Below are positions 1 through 8,806 of a stretch of 64,000 nt of DNA, in pieces. The notes beneath the pieces are model-generated. The model had not been told where the DNA came from, ran no database searches, and worked only from the letters and a program-made list of their open reading frames with translations. The DNA lies in the IMG/VR virus record IMGVR_UViG_3300034683_000192, positions 1 to 64,000 of that record; one strand, given 5' to 3'. The position numbers and the translations under genes are program-made. The stretch's first letter is position 1, and every line of letters begins with the position of its first letter. This DNA comes from a virus.

Positions 1-1541
1 TCTGGGTGAGTGTGGCTCACTTCACCATAAGACTCCACATAAAGCCAGCTCGGATGATACTTATGCTCCGGACTGGTCATGTGGTTGGTATTCTTCGACT
101 TCTTCCCACCACCAGTATTCGAGGCGCTATGCGTAGCACGCATTTTTCTGCCACCGACCGTGATGAGCCAGTTGTCGTGATACCGTGCAGGGTTGATTGC
201 AACGACCGCACCGTTCGATCCCATTTGAGTGAATGATCTCGGAGGAATCTTAAACAGCGCTTCGATATCCTGCACACGAGTACGTCTGCTCTTCTTATTG
301 CTATTCGTGTAACTGTAGATTTTGGTGAACAGCTTACGAACCACATTACCGAAGATCAGATCGAGCACATTGGCTCTCTTGTGAAACAAGTTCGATGGAG
401 TATGGTTCACTACGTAGGTGTCCATGTTCATGAATACGTAATCCATGAGATCCATCACGTCATCGCACTTGATCCCCTCTTCCGCAAGTTTGTGTCGCGT
501 ATGGGGATCGATGTAAGTCTTGAGGCTTTCTTGATGTTGCTCCGTGTATCCACACGCAAGCGATTCATTTCCGTACGATATCCCGTAAATTGCTCGACCA
601 AGAATGACTTTCCAAACGACGAAATCGTCAGCACTCTTTAGTCTCGGGATAAGATCGGCATTATCCGTATACATGGTATTCGGACAACGCACGAAATATT
701 GCATGACGTAATGGAGAGATGCTATCACTCTGGACGACAGACGTGACTGATTCTCCACTGTAGTTTCTAGGAGCGACCCGTGCACTTTCATGTACAGACC
801 AGGCGAGTTCCCTTCGCGCTTTCTGATCATGAAGTACTCGTGTTCAATATCTTCTTTGTTCCACGCATCCACAAAGTCGACAGCACCACGATCGATGCCA
901 TATCGCTCAAGTGTTGCGTCTAGTCCATACTGCGCTAGAGGATAGAGCAGCAGCGCAGGACGGATATCTTCTGGTGTGTAGTTGTGTTTGTGCATATGTG
1001 CATGCACTTGGATGATTTGATCAGAGAATCTTTTCCCAGTACAACTGAGAAATTGATGACGAATGCTTCGACAGAACCGCAAATGTGCTCGCAGAACTTT
1101 GATACCCAGTCCGTTGTCTTTTTCGATGTGGTAGAACACCCGGTCAGTCAGAGCAAACTGGATGTAATACTTCGAGCCATTGATGATGATGGCGTTGTCT
1201 TTGAGATACGGAAGATAGAGTAGGATCTTGAACGGGTTTCCGTTGTAATCAAACTCAAATTCCACAGGCATGAGTTCCGAAACTGCTATGTCCACAGTAG
1301 GAGCTTGCCGTGGTTTCGTGATGGCGACTTCGAGTCGCTCTTCCGGGGAAAGAATCCTGCTTCGTCGAAATTTTACCTGACCACCAAAGAGTCTGGTGGC
1401 TTCGACATACGCCATCTCCATGAACTTGATGCAGCCTGCAACCTGGTTCTGGCGATATTGTTTCAGCAGAAACTCATTCGGTGGAGGCAACGCATTTGCG
1501 CATGCATCCAATACGTCATCTTCCGGAGTTCTCTCAAGCAT
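1..1541 (-). CDS. Phage multisubunit RNA polymerase beta-subunit N-terminal part (non-virion RNAP, phiKZ gp123-like); runs off the window edge
   Basis: Missing from the ORF track because it has no stop in the window. Manual translation from ATG 1541 (SD GGAG) is open to position 1: MLERTPEDDVLDACAN...LYLPYLKDNAIIINGSKYYIQ...YHPSWLYVES. The YLPY..NG.KY segment resembles beta N-terminal regions. Confidence 0.6.
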   Translation of the reverse strand, partial: MLERTPEDDVLDACANALPPPNEFLLKQYRQNQVAGCIKFMEMAYVEATRLFGGQVKFRRSRILSPEERLEVAITKPRQAPTVDIAVSELMPVEFEFDYNGNPFKILLYLPYLKDNAIIINGSKYYIQFALTDRVFYHIEKDNGLGIKVLRAHLRFCRSIRHQFLSCTGKRFSDQIIQVHAHMHKHNYTPEDIRPALLLYPLAQYGLDATLERYGIDRGAVDFVDAWNKEDIEHEYFMIRKREGNSPGLYMKVHGSLLETTVENQSRLSSRVIASLHYVMQYFVRCPNTMYTDNADLIPRLKSADDFVVWKVILGRAIYGISYGNESLACGYTEQHQESLKTYIDPHTRHKLAEEGIKCDDVMDLMDYVFMNMDTYVVNHTPSNLFHKRANVLDLIFGNVVRKLFTKIYSYTNSNKKSRRTRVQDIEALFKIPPRSFTQMGSNGAVVAINPARYHDNWLITVGGRKMRATHSASNTGGGKKSKNTNHMTSPEHKYHPSWLYVESYGEVSHTHP

Positions 1542-1550
1542 TTCGTCTCC

Positions 1551-2831
1551 CTACCACCAACTAAACAAAGAAGAGATTCCATCTACGATGGCACCTCCTA
1601 TGGACTTCGCTGCAGATACAAGATACTTTCCTGCCGCAACGACGGCCACTCCGATACCTACGGCTACAGCCACTCCACCCAATGTAGGAGAAGATGAAAC
1701 TGCACTTACTGCTGCTGAGGCCTTAGCCGCATAGGCCATGATTCCGAACATCGCTGGAAGGATGACTGCCATCGCTTTTACTGAAGTACTCATAGCTGCT
1801 ACATCTGAAGACGCCGCGGCTACTCGTTCCTTCTCCAGCTTAATGTTTTCTGTATCTCTCTTAACCAGTTCTGATCGTCTAGCATTTTCACGCTGACGTT
1901 CATTTTCTTCAGATTGAATCTGCGCATTGACTTGAGTCTGCAAAGCTGCATGTACTGCCTGCAAAGAATTCAGTTGATACTTAAGTTCATCTATCTCAAC
2001 TTTCTGTCTCGAGATGATGTTCTTGTATTCTTCTGTTTTCTGTTCACAGAATTTTTCCATGGTTGCTTTACTGACCATCTTGTCATTATCGACTTTCGTC
2101 GAAAGAAGATGTGCAGAAATTTCGTTCCTATTCGATGAGATTACGATAGTCTTACCCTGATACTCGACGGTCTGCTTTGCCGTCGCGACTTCATTCGTGT
2201 CGAGGGTGATTACGTCGTATTCGCCGTACTCGTTGAGGATGCGAATATCACACGAGCAAGGACGAGAAGTATCGTTACTAACAATACCCATGAACATACA
2301 GTCACCGTAGGAGAAGAAGAGTTTATTCATTCGTCCGTACGGGTCATTGAAGACGCACATAATGGGGGCGGTGTTAAGTGCATCTATCTCAGCGGCTACG
2401 CATTCGCGCAACCGCTGTTCGAGTGATTGTCTGGTATGCGGATGATTGGTTCTTGCAAATTCTTCTTTTGTGGAGAAAAGAAGCGATACTGCTGGGATGA
2501 ACCATCCCGGGGAGCGATCGAGTTGACTTTCTGTGATTTCGATTTCATAGACCTCAAAGGTCTTATCAGCAACTTCATGACCAAGAGCATCGAACTTTCG
2601 TTCGGTACCATGATACGCACGCAGTTGCACAACGAGAACGCTTCTTCCACTACGACCGACGCAACGAGGTTTGATTACCTCGACGCTTCCAGTCGCTGCA
2701 GACATATAGATATCCTTGGTCGTATAATTAAATACGGCCATCTCCTGAAATAGGGATGCATTCCTGTTCTTGTACAGCGGAGAATGTTGCTGAGTTTTCT
2801 TCGGAATTGCACTTACGGGGTGGCGATGCAT
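1551..2831 (-). CDS. Conserved jumbo-phage hypothetical protein with coiled coil and C-terminal hydrophobic segments
   Basis: Long ORF with a Q/E/R-rich coiled coil followed by a hydrophobic Ala/Val/Gly tail. Start is ambiguous (2855 TTG, 2831 ATG, 2741 ATG). Confidence 0.75.
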   Translation of the reverse strand: MHRHPVSAIPKKTQQHSPLYKNRNASLFQEMAVFNYTTKDIYMSAATGSVEVIKPRCVGRSGRSVLVVQLRAYHGTERKFDALGHEVADKTFEVYEIEITESQLDRSPGWFIPAVSLLFSTKEEFARTNHPHTRQSLEQRLRECVAAEIDALNTAPIMCVFNDPYGRMNKLFFSYGDCMFMGIVSNDTSRPCSCDIRILNEYGEYDVITLDTNEVATAKQTVEYQGKTIVISSNRNEISAHLLSTKVDNDKMVSKATMEKFCEQKTEEYKNIISRQKVEIDELKYQLNSLQAVHAALQTQVNAQIQSEENERQRENARRSELVKRDTENIKLEKERVAAASSDVAAMSTSVKAMAVILPAMFGIMAYAAKASAAVSAVSSSPTLGGVAVAVGIGVAVVAAGKYLVSAAKSIGGAIVDGISSLFSWW

Positions 2832-2974
2832 ACTCCATCCTACGTGCTCTGCCAATGGCTATCGGCATACGTTTCTCCTTTGTGGTGACTATTGACCGCC
2901 AAATGAGGTTAATGAAGCTTCGGGTATAATGACGCTTAAATCCCAATAGCAAATCCGTAAGGCTTATCTGAAAT

Positions 2975-2982
2975 GTAATATA
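2975..2982 (-). promoter_or_regulatory. Early promoter motif TATATTAC
   Basis: Exact reverse complement (GTAATATA) in an intergenic AT-rich tract upstream of a minus-strand gene; matches the phiKZ early consensus. Confidence 0.7.
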
Positions 2983-2995
2983 TACTTAAAGCTAA

Positions 2996-3027
2996 GATGG
3001 AAGGATGGGTTTCCCCATCCCTCCATC
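2996..3027. terminator. Intergenic stem-loop, putative terminator
   Basis: GATGGAAGGATGGG-tttc-CCCATCCCTCCATC just after the stop of 3039..4397. Confidence 0.65.
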
Positions 3028-3038
3028 TGAATTTTCCA

Positions 3039-4397
3039 TTATCCAAAAAGACTCAAGAGCTTGACACCGATGTTCGAAGTATCCGAGCCTATTGAGTCAT
3101 CTGCAAATTTTTTGTTATTCGCAGATATTGCACTAATGTGTCTGGCATCGTAAGTATCATCCGGACCGTATTCATCCTGGAACAGACTCTTACGGGTCAT
3201 TCCATTGTTGCTAAGATAAGTGTCGAACTCATCTCCATCGTTATCGTAATCCATATTTGCAGCAGTAGTTCTTCCGAGATATCTCGGATTGTACGTACCG
3301 TTCCTTCCAGTCATACGCTGAGTTGCGTTTACTGTATATGGATCTCCTCGATATGCGCCAAGCTTTGATCCTGTATATGCGATATTACCAGATCGTTGAT
3401 CGTAGTATTTATCACAGTTAGCTATTTGATCAAGAAGCTTTGCGCATCCAGATTCAGATGCGGATCTCAACAAAAGATCATACGCATCTTTGCTTGCACC
3501 AAATTCACTATAGTTTCCATCGACATTTGAACAGAGAGCTCGTGCATCCCTGTACAAACCATCGATGGTCTTGAAATCTGCATCTTTACCGGAGAACCCC
3601 TTAATGGGTCTTCCATCTGATCCGACTGCTTCAGGATAGTATTCACCCATCCCAAGAAGATCGGATACACCTTTTCCGACGTTATAAACCGCACTGGCTT
3701 TGCCAGTAACCATCTGAGTACGTACAGCTAACTGACCAGAAGTTCTACCTACTATACCACCCACAGTCGAACGAACGTTCGGTGGAAGCATATCTAGGTT
3801 ATCTTGAGTCAGTTGATTCATTTTTTGCGGACTCGACAAAGTCGAGACAGTATCAATTGTTTTTGTCCCGAGACTTTTTGCTCCAGACAAAAGAGTACCA
3901 TCTTCACTTTTGAGACCATCTTCAGCAGGACCTATATAGGTCCCATTCATCTTCTGAACATCTCCAAACCAATTGTACGTACTATCCTTGGTAGGAGATT
4001 CTTCTCCAGTGACACTCTTAAGCTTAGCCATTTCCGCACTGGAAAAGGCTTTTACATCAATGGATTTCTCCACTGCTGCTAACTCAGGGTTGTCAATGGA
4101 TTTTTGATCTGTAGATGTGACAAATGAAACTTGGGGTTTAAATGCAGCAAACTTCTGTTGACCAGTTACCCCTTGTTGTGTCGTCGTGTACGATGCATCA
4201 GCTCCTGCAGATTTTGCAGAGACTTCGGACGCAGTACCGCCCAGAGTTTGATCTTTTGCACTCGATCCAGTAAATTCCTGTGAAGTACTTCCGAGTTTAT
4301 TCCCTATATCCAGTGGTGAATTATTCAGCAGGTCTGTCGGAGAAGTCTTACTTCTCATTGACGTGGTAATTTGCTGAAGCAGACTATCAAGACCCAT
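3039..4397 (-). CDS. Hypothetical protein, Ser/Thr/Gly-rich N-terminus, possibly virion-associated
   Basis: 452-aa ORF abutting the upstream RNAP gene; no recognised motif. Confidence 0.75.
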   Translation of the reverse strand: MGLDSLLQQITTSMRSKTSPTDLLNNSPLDIGNKLGSTSQEFTGSSAKDQTLGGTASEVSAKSAGADASYTTTQQGVTGQQKFAAFKPQVSFVTSTDQKSIDNPELAAVEKSIDVKAFSSAEMAKLKSVTGEESPTKDSTYNWFGDVQKMNGTYIGPAEDGLKSEDGTLLSGAKSLGTKTIDTVSTLSSPQKMNQLTQDNLDMLPPNVRSTVGGIVGRTSGQLAVRTQMVTGKASAVYNVGKGVSDLLGMGEYYPEAVGSDGRPIKGFSGKDADFKTIDGLYRDARALCSNVDGNYSEFGASKDAYDLLLRSASESGCAKLLDQIANCDKYYDQRSGNIAYTGSKLGAYRGDPYTVNATQRMTGRNGTYNPRYLGRTTAANMDYDNDGDEFDTYLSNNGMTRKSLFQDEYGPDDTYDARHISAISANNKKFADDSIGSDTSNIGVKLLSLFG

Positions 4398-5072
4398 TTA
4401 GAGTCCCTCCACCAGATTGTTATCGAGGAACATGCATCTCAAGATAACACCCATCACTACAGCACTACGGGGTACTGATGACGGATCAAGAGAACCGAGA
4501 ATAGCTTCTCCGTTGTCTTCGAGTTGCTGTTTGAATGACGCAAAACTGTGCACGTCACCACCACGAACTTTCACGAATTCCAGAAGTGTCTTATCGAGGC
4601 CACGTGCACCGAGAAGTTGTGTCTCGACAAATGAAATCGATGATGCCTGGTCAGGTTTCGTAACTTGGCCAGTGAGCGCATCAATCTTCTTGTCACTTTC
4701 TGCGACAGAAAGTTTGTGCATGAGAAATTGTCTAGCACGACGTACAGGAAGTCGTAATACGAGATATTCGTGTCTCGTCATGTATGGTTTTCCTGTAGAT
4801 TCATCGACCATACGAAGTCGTTCGAATAGTTTGAGCTTGAGATGATCTGCAGCCGCAAGAAGATCTTTGTTCTTAAGGAATACCTTGAGATTTGGTGCAT
4901 ATATGACAAGCTTCACTTTCTTTGCTTTAAGCTGTTTCATGTACGCATCAAATTGCGCATCACTCATGTCAGAAAAAAATTTTTCGTATCGCTTATTGTT
5001 GAATCCGCTAGGATCCATAAGCTTGATAGTTTTCAAGATATGGTCTGTAGCAAGTGTACGTGCTTTGTTCAT
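4398..5072 (-). CDS. RNA polymerase beta-subunit C-terminal fragment (virion RNAP, phiKZ gp149-like)
   Basis: TGQVT...ISFVETQLLGARGLDKTLLEFVKVRGGD aligns to the beta C-terminal [32 protein letters not shown] region; SD GGAG present. Confidence 0.7.
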   Translation of the reverse strand: MNKARTLATDHILKTIKLMDPSGFNNKRYEKFFSDMSDAQFDAYMKQLKAKKVKLVIYAPNLKVFLKNKDLLAAADHLKLKLFERLRMVDESTGKPYMTRHEYLVLRLPVRRARQFLMHKLSVAESDKKIDALTGQVTKPDQASSISFVETQLLGARGLDKTLLEFVKVRGGDVHSFASFKQQLEDNGEAILGSLDPSSVPRSAVVMGVILRCMFLDNNLVEGL

Positions 5073-5112
5073 GTAGAATCTCCCTCATAGTTGAGTCATA
5101 GAATCTAACATA

Positions 5113-5138
5113 CCTAGGGGAGCCGATGCTCCCCTAGG
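5113..5138. terminator. Intergenic stem-loop
   Basis: CCTAGGGGAGC-cgat-GCTCCCCTAGG, 11-bp perfect stem downstream of gyrA. Confidence 0.65.
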
Positions 5139-5151
5139 CGTATGTGTTCAA

Positions 5152-7359
5152 CTAAAGAACAATGGCAGTCCCGAGATCGTAGTCTCTCGACATCTTGCGT
5201 CCGAGCTTTATCACGACATTTGTTTTATCACCGATAACTTTGGAAATGTTTTCGATGACGACAAACTTGTAACTTCCGGTCGACCATTTAGGAAGATTCA
5301 GAAGCCACTGCGTTTTTGCTCGAAGAGGTACTATTCCGAGAAACTCAGTTCTCTCCATGAGCGACATTGGGATCTTTTTGGTATCTGCATTGATGAGACT
5401 CACGTTGAGTGAGGTTTCATCGAGCTTGTTCATGTGAAACAGAACGCAATCCCCAATTTGTGCAGGGATAACGTACGACAAATCGGATCTTGTACCACGT
5501 TTACCGGATCCTCTACGCTGAACAAGATCACGATAAGTCATTCGGTCTACTGTACCATCCGAGAAGATACCAGTGAACTTATCCCCAACGATCATTCCTA
5601 CACCATCTTTGGGAAGAACAATTTCATTGGCAATGCTGGCATTTTCGTCAGTTATGCACACAGTAAACACTTTCGAGTTCACCGGAAGTTCGAGAACTCT
5701 TTCTCCTCGAAAGATTCTAGGAAGAACAGTATCACGTGTCTTGCTTACACTACCATTCGCCACATACGTCCGAGGATGCAGCTTGTCTGGATCAAGATAC
5801 ATGTGAACCTGAGAATCAGGAAAATTCTTCAGAATGGTTTTGCATTCGTCGATAGATTCGAACTGATGAATGTCCTTTTCCTTGATACACACGTACCCCA
5901 TGTAAGGGTCGATTCTGGTTCTCCTTGGTCTACGGTACTTCTTTCTGAAGTATTCGATATCCCGGAAAATGACAGATTCGGTATCCTGGTGAGAATTCTT
6001 CAACTGAACTGCTTTGAGTTCCGCAGCTTCAATTTCATCCTGAATCGCTGCACGTGTTTGTACGTTACCGGCAATGATCGGAGTATTGGCGAGAATTTTT
6101 GATTGCATCTGGGACAAATCGAATGTATCCATGAGAGTAGAGATAATTCCCTCATATCCAAGAGAACGATCTCTGACAATTCGCTGTACTTCTTCCCACC
6201 TGTCCGCGACAAGAAGTTTTGTTCTACGTTCGATGATTTGTTGTGTCAGAGCAATTTGGTCATACCGGATACCGGAAATGACAGATTCTCTTCTGATCTT
6301 GTACCAGAGATCGATCAGTCTTTGTGGTGACAGCATTGCAAGACCACCATTTCTTGCGACGAACATGGGACGTTCACGCATCACTTTGGTGAGTTCCAAT
6401 TCTCTGGCAAGCCGATACGCCACATCGAAAATGTCTGCGGTACGTTTGATCGTGATGCTAAGCGCACCTTCTGTATCAGTACTACTCAAGTTCTCGTATC
6501 CTGTTACGAGATCATAGAGCCAACTCTTCTTGTCTTTGAGCATGCTGATCAGTCGATCAGTTACTCTCGGGAATGGTCGACAAAATGGAGATGTACGAAT
6601 GACCATAGTGGTAGGGGTAAGATCATACCTTCCTTCCACAGTCATCGGGGGAGAATGCTTACCTTTCCGATATTCCGCTACCACCTGTTCAGCATCTCGA
6701 ATGGTATTCATGATGGGGAAATCTGGAAGTAGCAGCTGTGCGTATTTTTCGATCTCGAATGGTTTTCCTTGGGATTTGGCATCAAGAAACTTCTCGACTA
6801 AGATGCACACATTTTCGAGGTTTCTGGGAAATGATTCAGTTTTGAAACCAGTTCCGAGTGTATGCGAATAAAGAATGAGAGACATCGGCAATCTCGGAAT
6901 GAGATGTACCGGTTCAATACCCATGAAGTTTTCAGTTTCTCGCACAGGAATCGTCTTGAGGTTGACTCCTTCGAAATATACATCTTTGGCAAATGCACCA
7001 AGTTTCACCTTAAGGTATCTCGGAGCACCTGCATCATCAGAGTCGTAGCTACCAGCATTTCCATGCCCATCAAGAAGAGCCATCCCGATGGAATAGTCCT
7101 GCATGGAACGAATGCATGCATCAGTGATGCTCTTATCGCCGACTGGATGATTTTCGAGTACTTTACCATAGAACTGGCTAAGTACCGTATATGTGAGCTG
7201 ATCTCTGGCGGCCCACAAGATTCGACGATACCCTGCTTTGAGTCCATCGATGTATGACGCGACTTTGTCTGCGGCAACTGCGATACCGAAATCAGTCATG
7301 GTTTCAATGATGATGTTTTCGGCGGTATAGTCTTTGCTTTGAAAATCCAAGTCAGACAT
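5152..7359 (-). CDS. gyrA: Type IIA topoisomerase subunit A (GyrA/ParC-like)
   Basis: DGLKAGYRRILWA, HPVGD, LLDGHGNAGS, catalytic APRY (Tyr115), RRTRI at the end of the N-terminal domain, and a C-terminal domain containing QRRGSGK. Confidence 0.9.
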   Translation of the reverse strand: MSDLDFQSKDYTAENIIIETMTDFGIAVAADKVASYIDGLKAGYRRILWAARDQLTYTVLSQFYGKVLENHPVGDKSITDACIRSMQDYSIGMALLDGHGNAGSYDSDDAGAPRYLKVKLGAFAKDVYFEGVNLKTIPVRETENFMGIEPVHLIPRLPMSLILYSHTLGTGFKTESFPRNLENVCILVEKFLDAKSQGKPFEIEKYAQLLLPDFPIMNTIRDAEQVVAEYRKGKHSPPMTVEGRYDLTPTTMVIRTSPFCRPFPRVTDRLISMLKDKKSWLYDLVTGYENLSSTDTEGALSITIKRTADIFDVAYRLARELELTKVMRERPMFVARNGGLAMLSPQRLIDLWYKIRRESVISGIRYDQIALTQQIIERRTKLLVADRWEEVQRIVRDRSLGYEGIISTLMDTFDLSQMQSKILANTPIIAGNVQTRAAIQDEIEAAELKAVQLKNSHQDTESVIFRDIEYFRKKYRRPRRTRIDPYMGYVCIKEKDIHQFESIDECKTILKNFPDSQVHMYLDPDKLHPRTYVANGSVSKTRDTVLPRIFRGERVLELPVNSKVFTVCITDENASIANEIVLPKDGVGMIVGDKFTGIFSDGTVDRMTYRDLVQRRGSGKRGTRSDLSYVIPAQIGDCVLFHMNKLDETSLNVSLINADTKKIPMSLMERTEFLGIVPLRAKTQWLLNLPKWSTGSYKFVVIENISKVIGDKTNVVIKLGRKMSRDYDLGTAIVL

Positions 7360-7459
7360 TCTCTTCCTCCAGTGTCGAAGAGCTAAATTTCATTCGGTAT
7401 AACATACTTGCTATATATACTAGAAAACACCAATTCTGTGGATGGTTCCAGCACATATA

Positions 7460-8180
7460 ACAAGTAAGGATTCCTCCTTGTGGAGGAACCCTCACGACTT
7501 CGAAAAAAGAATGCAGCATAAAGGTTCAGGTTGGAGAGGCATCGCTCTTTCGAGTCGAGAGGCCTCTCCTTACCTGTCTACCTTTTGGTCCCACACCTGG
7601 CACTTCTCGGTATTGTTTCTTCGTCAATTAATTCTTCCGGTTGAGCAAAAGATTGTCGCCAATAAAGCAACAATCCCATTTCCGAGCCTTTCCGGAAATC
7701 GACAAAGATCAAGGAACCTCCATGTCAATCAGCTGTGGTTTAGACCGGAAAAGTTCGACAGAACTTCTCCCTACTGCGAACCTTGTGGCGATGCTCGACA
7801 TCTGCTCCCTATGTTGTTGATTAGACGGATGGTAAGGCCGCCGGTTTGTGGGAGTATAACCACTACAGTCCGTTGATATGTTGGCTCGGGTATCCGGGCA
7901 AATACCCGAGCCGAATTCGAGTCATGTAGCGCTCTGCGGATGAGCTTGACTCGAGTGTGGACAAAAGATGCGGAGACCTCTAAGCCAGGATCACCGTGGT
8001 GCTGCCGAGGGGAGAGGCTGCTAGGAGGTCCTATGTCGCTTGTACCTGAGATCTCCGCATTACATAAGGGATGCGTATTAGTTATTACACACCACACATG
8101 TTTAGATTTGGTGGGATTCCTCAAAGAAGAATCAGTCCAACTGTCTGGACCTAATGGTTTTACCACCATCAACCAAAATG
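7460..8180 (-). ncRNA. Candidate large structured non-coding RNA, family unidentified
   Basis: About 820 bp without a credible CDS and at least 10 inverted-repeat helices, some nested. Strand is inferred from flanking genes, a GAAA tetraloop and several G-U pairs; some helices favour the plus strand. Confidence 0.45.
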
Positions 8181-8184
8181 GAAT

Positions 8185-8745
8185 TTATTGACTGATACGA
8201 GAATCCTCACTCTCCACAATGAAGGGGCGAATGTTTGGATCCTCGATAGTATCTGCATCATCGTGATCGATGAATTTGATTGCGTCGCTGTACTTGTAGG
8301 TGGTTTCTTCACCTGTCTCAGGATCTCGCAAAGTGAATGCAATATCCGTGATATGGAAATTGAGAGCTGCAATTACCTGCTCGAATGCAGATATCGTAAC
8401 TTTCGTTTTTCTGATGGTCTTCAGATTGTTGTGCATAGGAGTACTCACTGCACGAGGATGCCAGCCTTGTTTTGCGTAATATCGATTGTATCGCTCTTTG
8501 AGCTCTTCTTCCGTGATACCCTTATCAACGAAGATCATTCTGATCAATTTCGCGATAGGATTGATTACTGTAGCGATGTCTTCTGGATAGAAGATCGGTT
8601 TTCCTGTCGCTACTTTCGTAATTGGAGCATTTACCTTATTTTCGAACTTATTGGCAGACGCAGCAAACATGGCTGCAAATCTAGCTCTGTCCGAAAGTTT
8701 CGGAGTAGCCTCTTCGTGAACCAAATCTTGATCCGTGGTTTCCAT
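8185..8745 (-). CDS. Hypothetical protein, possible HTH-like DNA-binding protein
   Basis: 186 aa; GITEEEL...KVTISAFEQVIAALNF is reminiscent of XRE-type helices. Confidence 0.7.
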   Translation of the reverse strand: METTDQDLVHEEATPKLSDRARFAAMFAASANKFENKVNAPITKVATGKPIFYPEDIATVINPIAKLIRMIFVDKGITEEELKERYNRYYAKQGWHPRAVSTPMHNNLKTIRKTKVTISAFEQVIAALNFHITDIAFTLRDPETGEETTYKYSDAIKFIDHDDADTIEDPNIRPFIVESEDSRISQ

Positions 8746-8806
8746 CGATTACCTCTGACAGGTAATGAGCCTGGAGAATCCCGAAATCCTCCAGGCCCAG
8801 GGTACA

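Noticed and set aside
2728-2868. SD-led 46-aa ORF overlapping the start of the 1551-2831 gene, suggesting a frameshift
   Set aside because: The long frame is already open with its own possible starts, so the start cannot be resolved without homologues.
7740-7880. Group I intron-like R element (UCAACGGACUG on the minus strand)
   Set aside because: No matching S element or correct P7 bulge, and no interrupted host gene flanks the region.
7771-8172. 133-aa minus-strand ORF, and the plus-strand ORFs 7442-7876 and 7940-8191
   Set aside because: No convincing SD, atypical amino-acid composition and codon usage, and they overlap strong helices. Small peptides cannot be fully excluded.
7400-8200. 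tRNA, tmRNA or RNase P identity for the structured region
   Set aside because: No T-loop GGTTCGANTCC, cloverleaf, GAGGAAAGUCC or tag-peptide landmarks found by eye.
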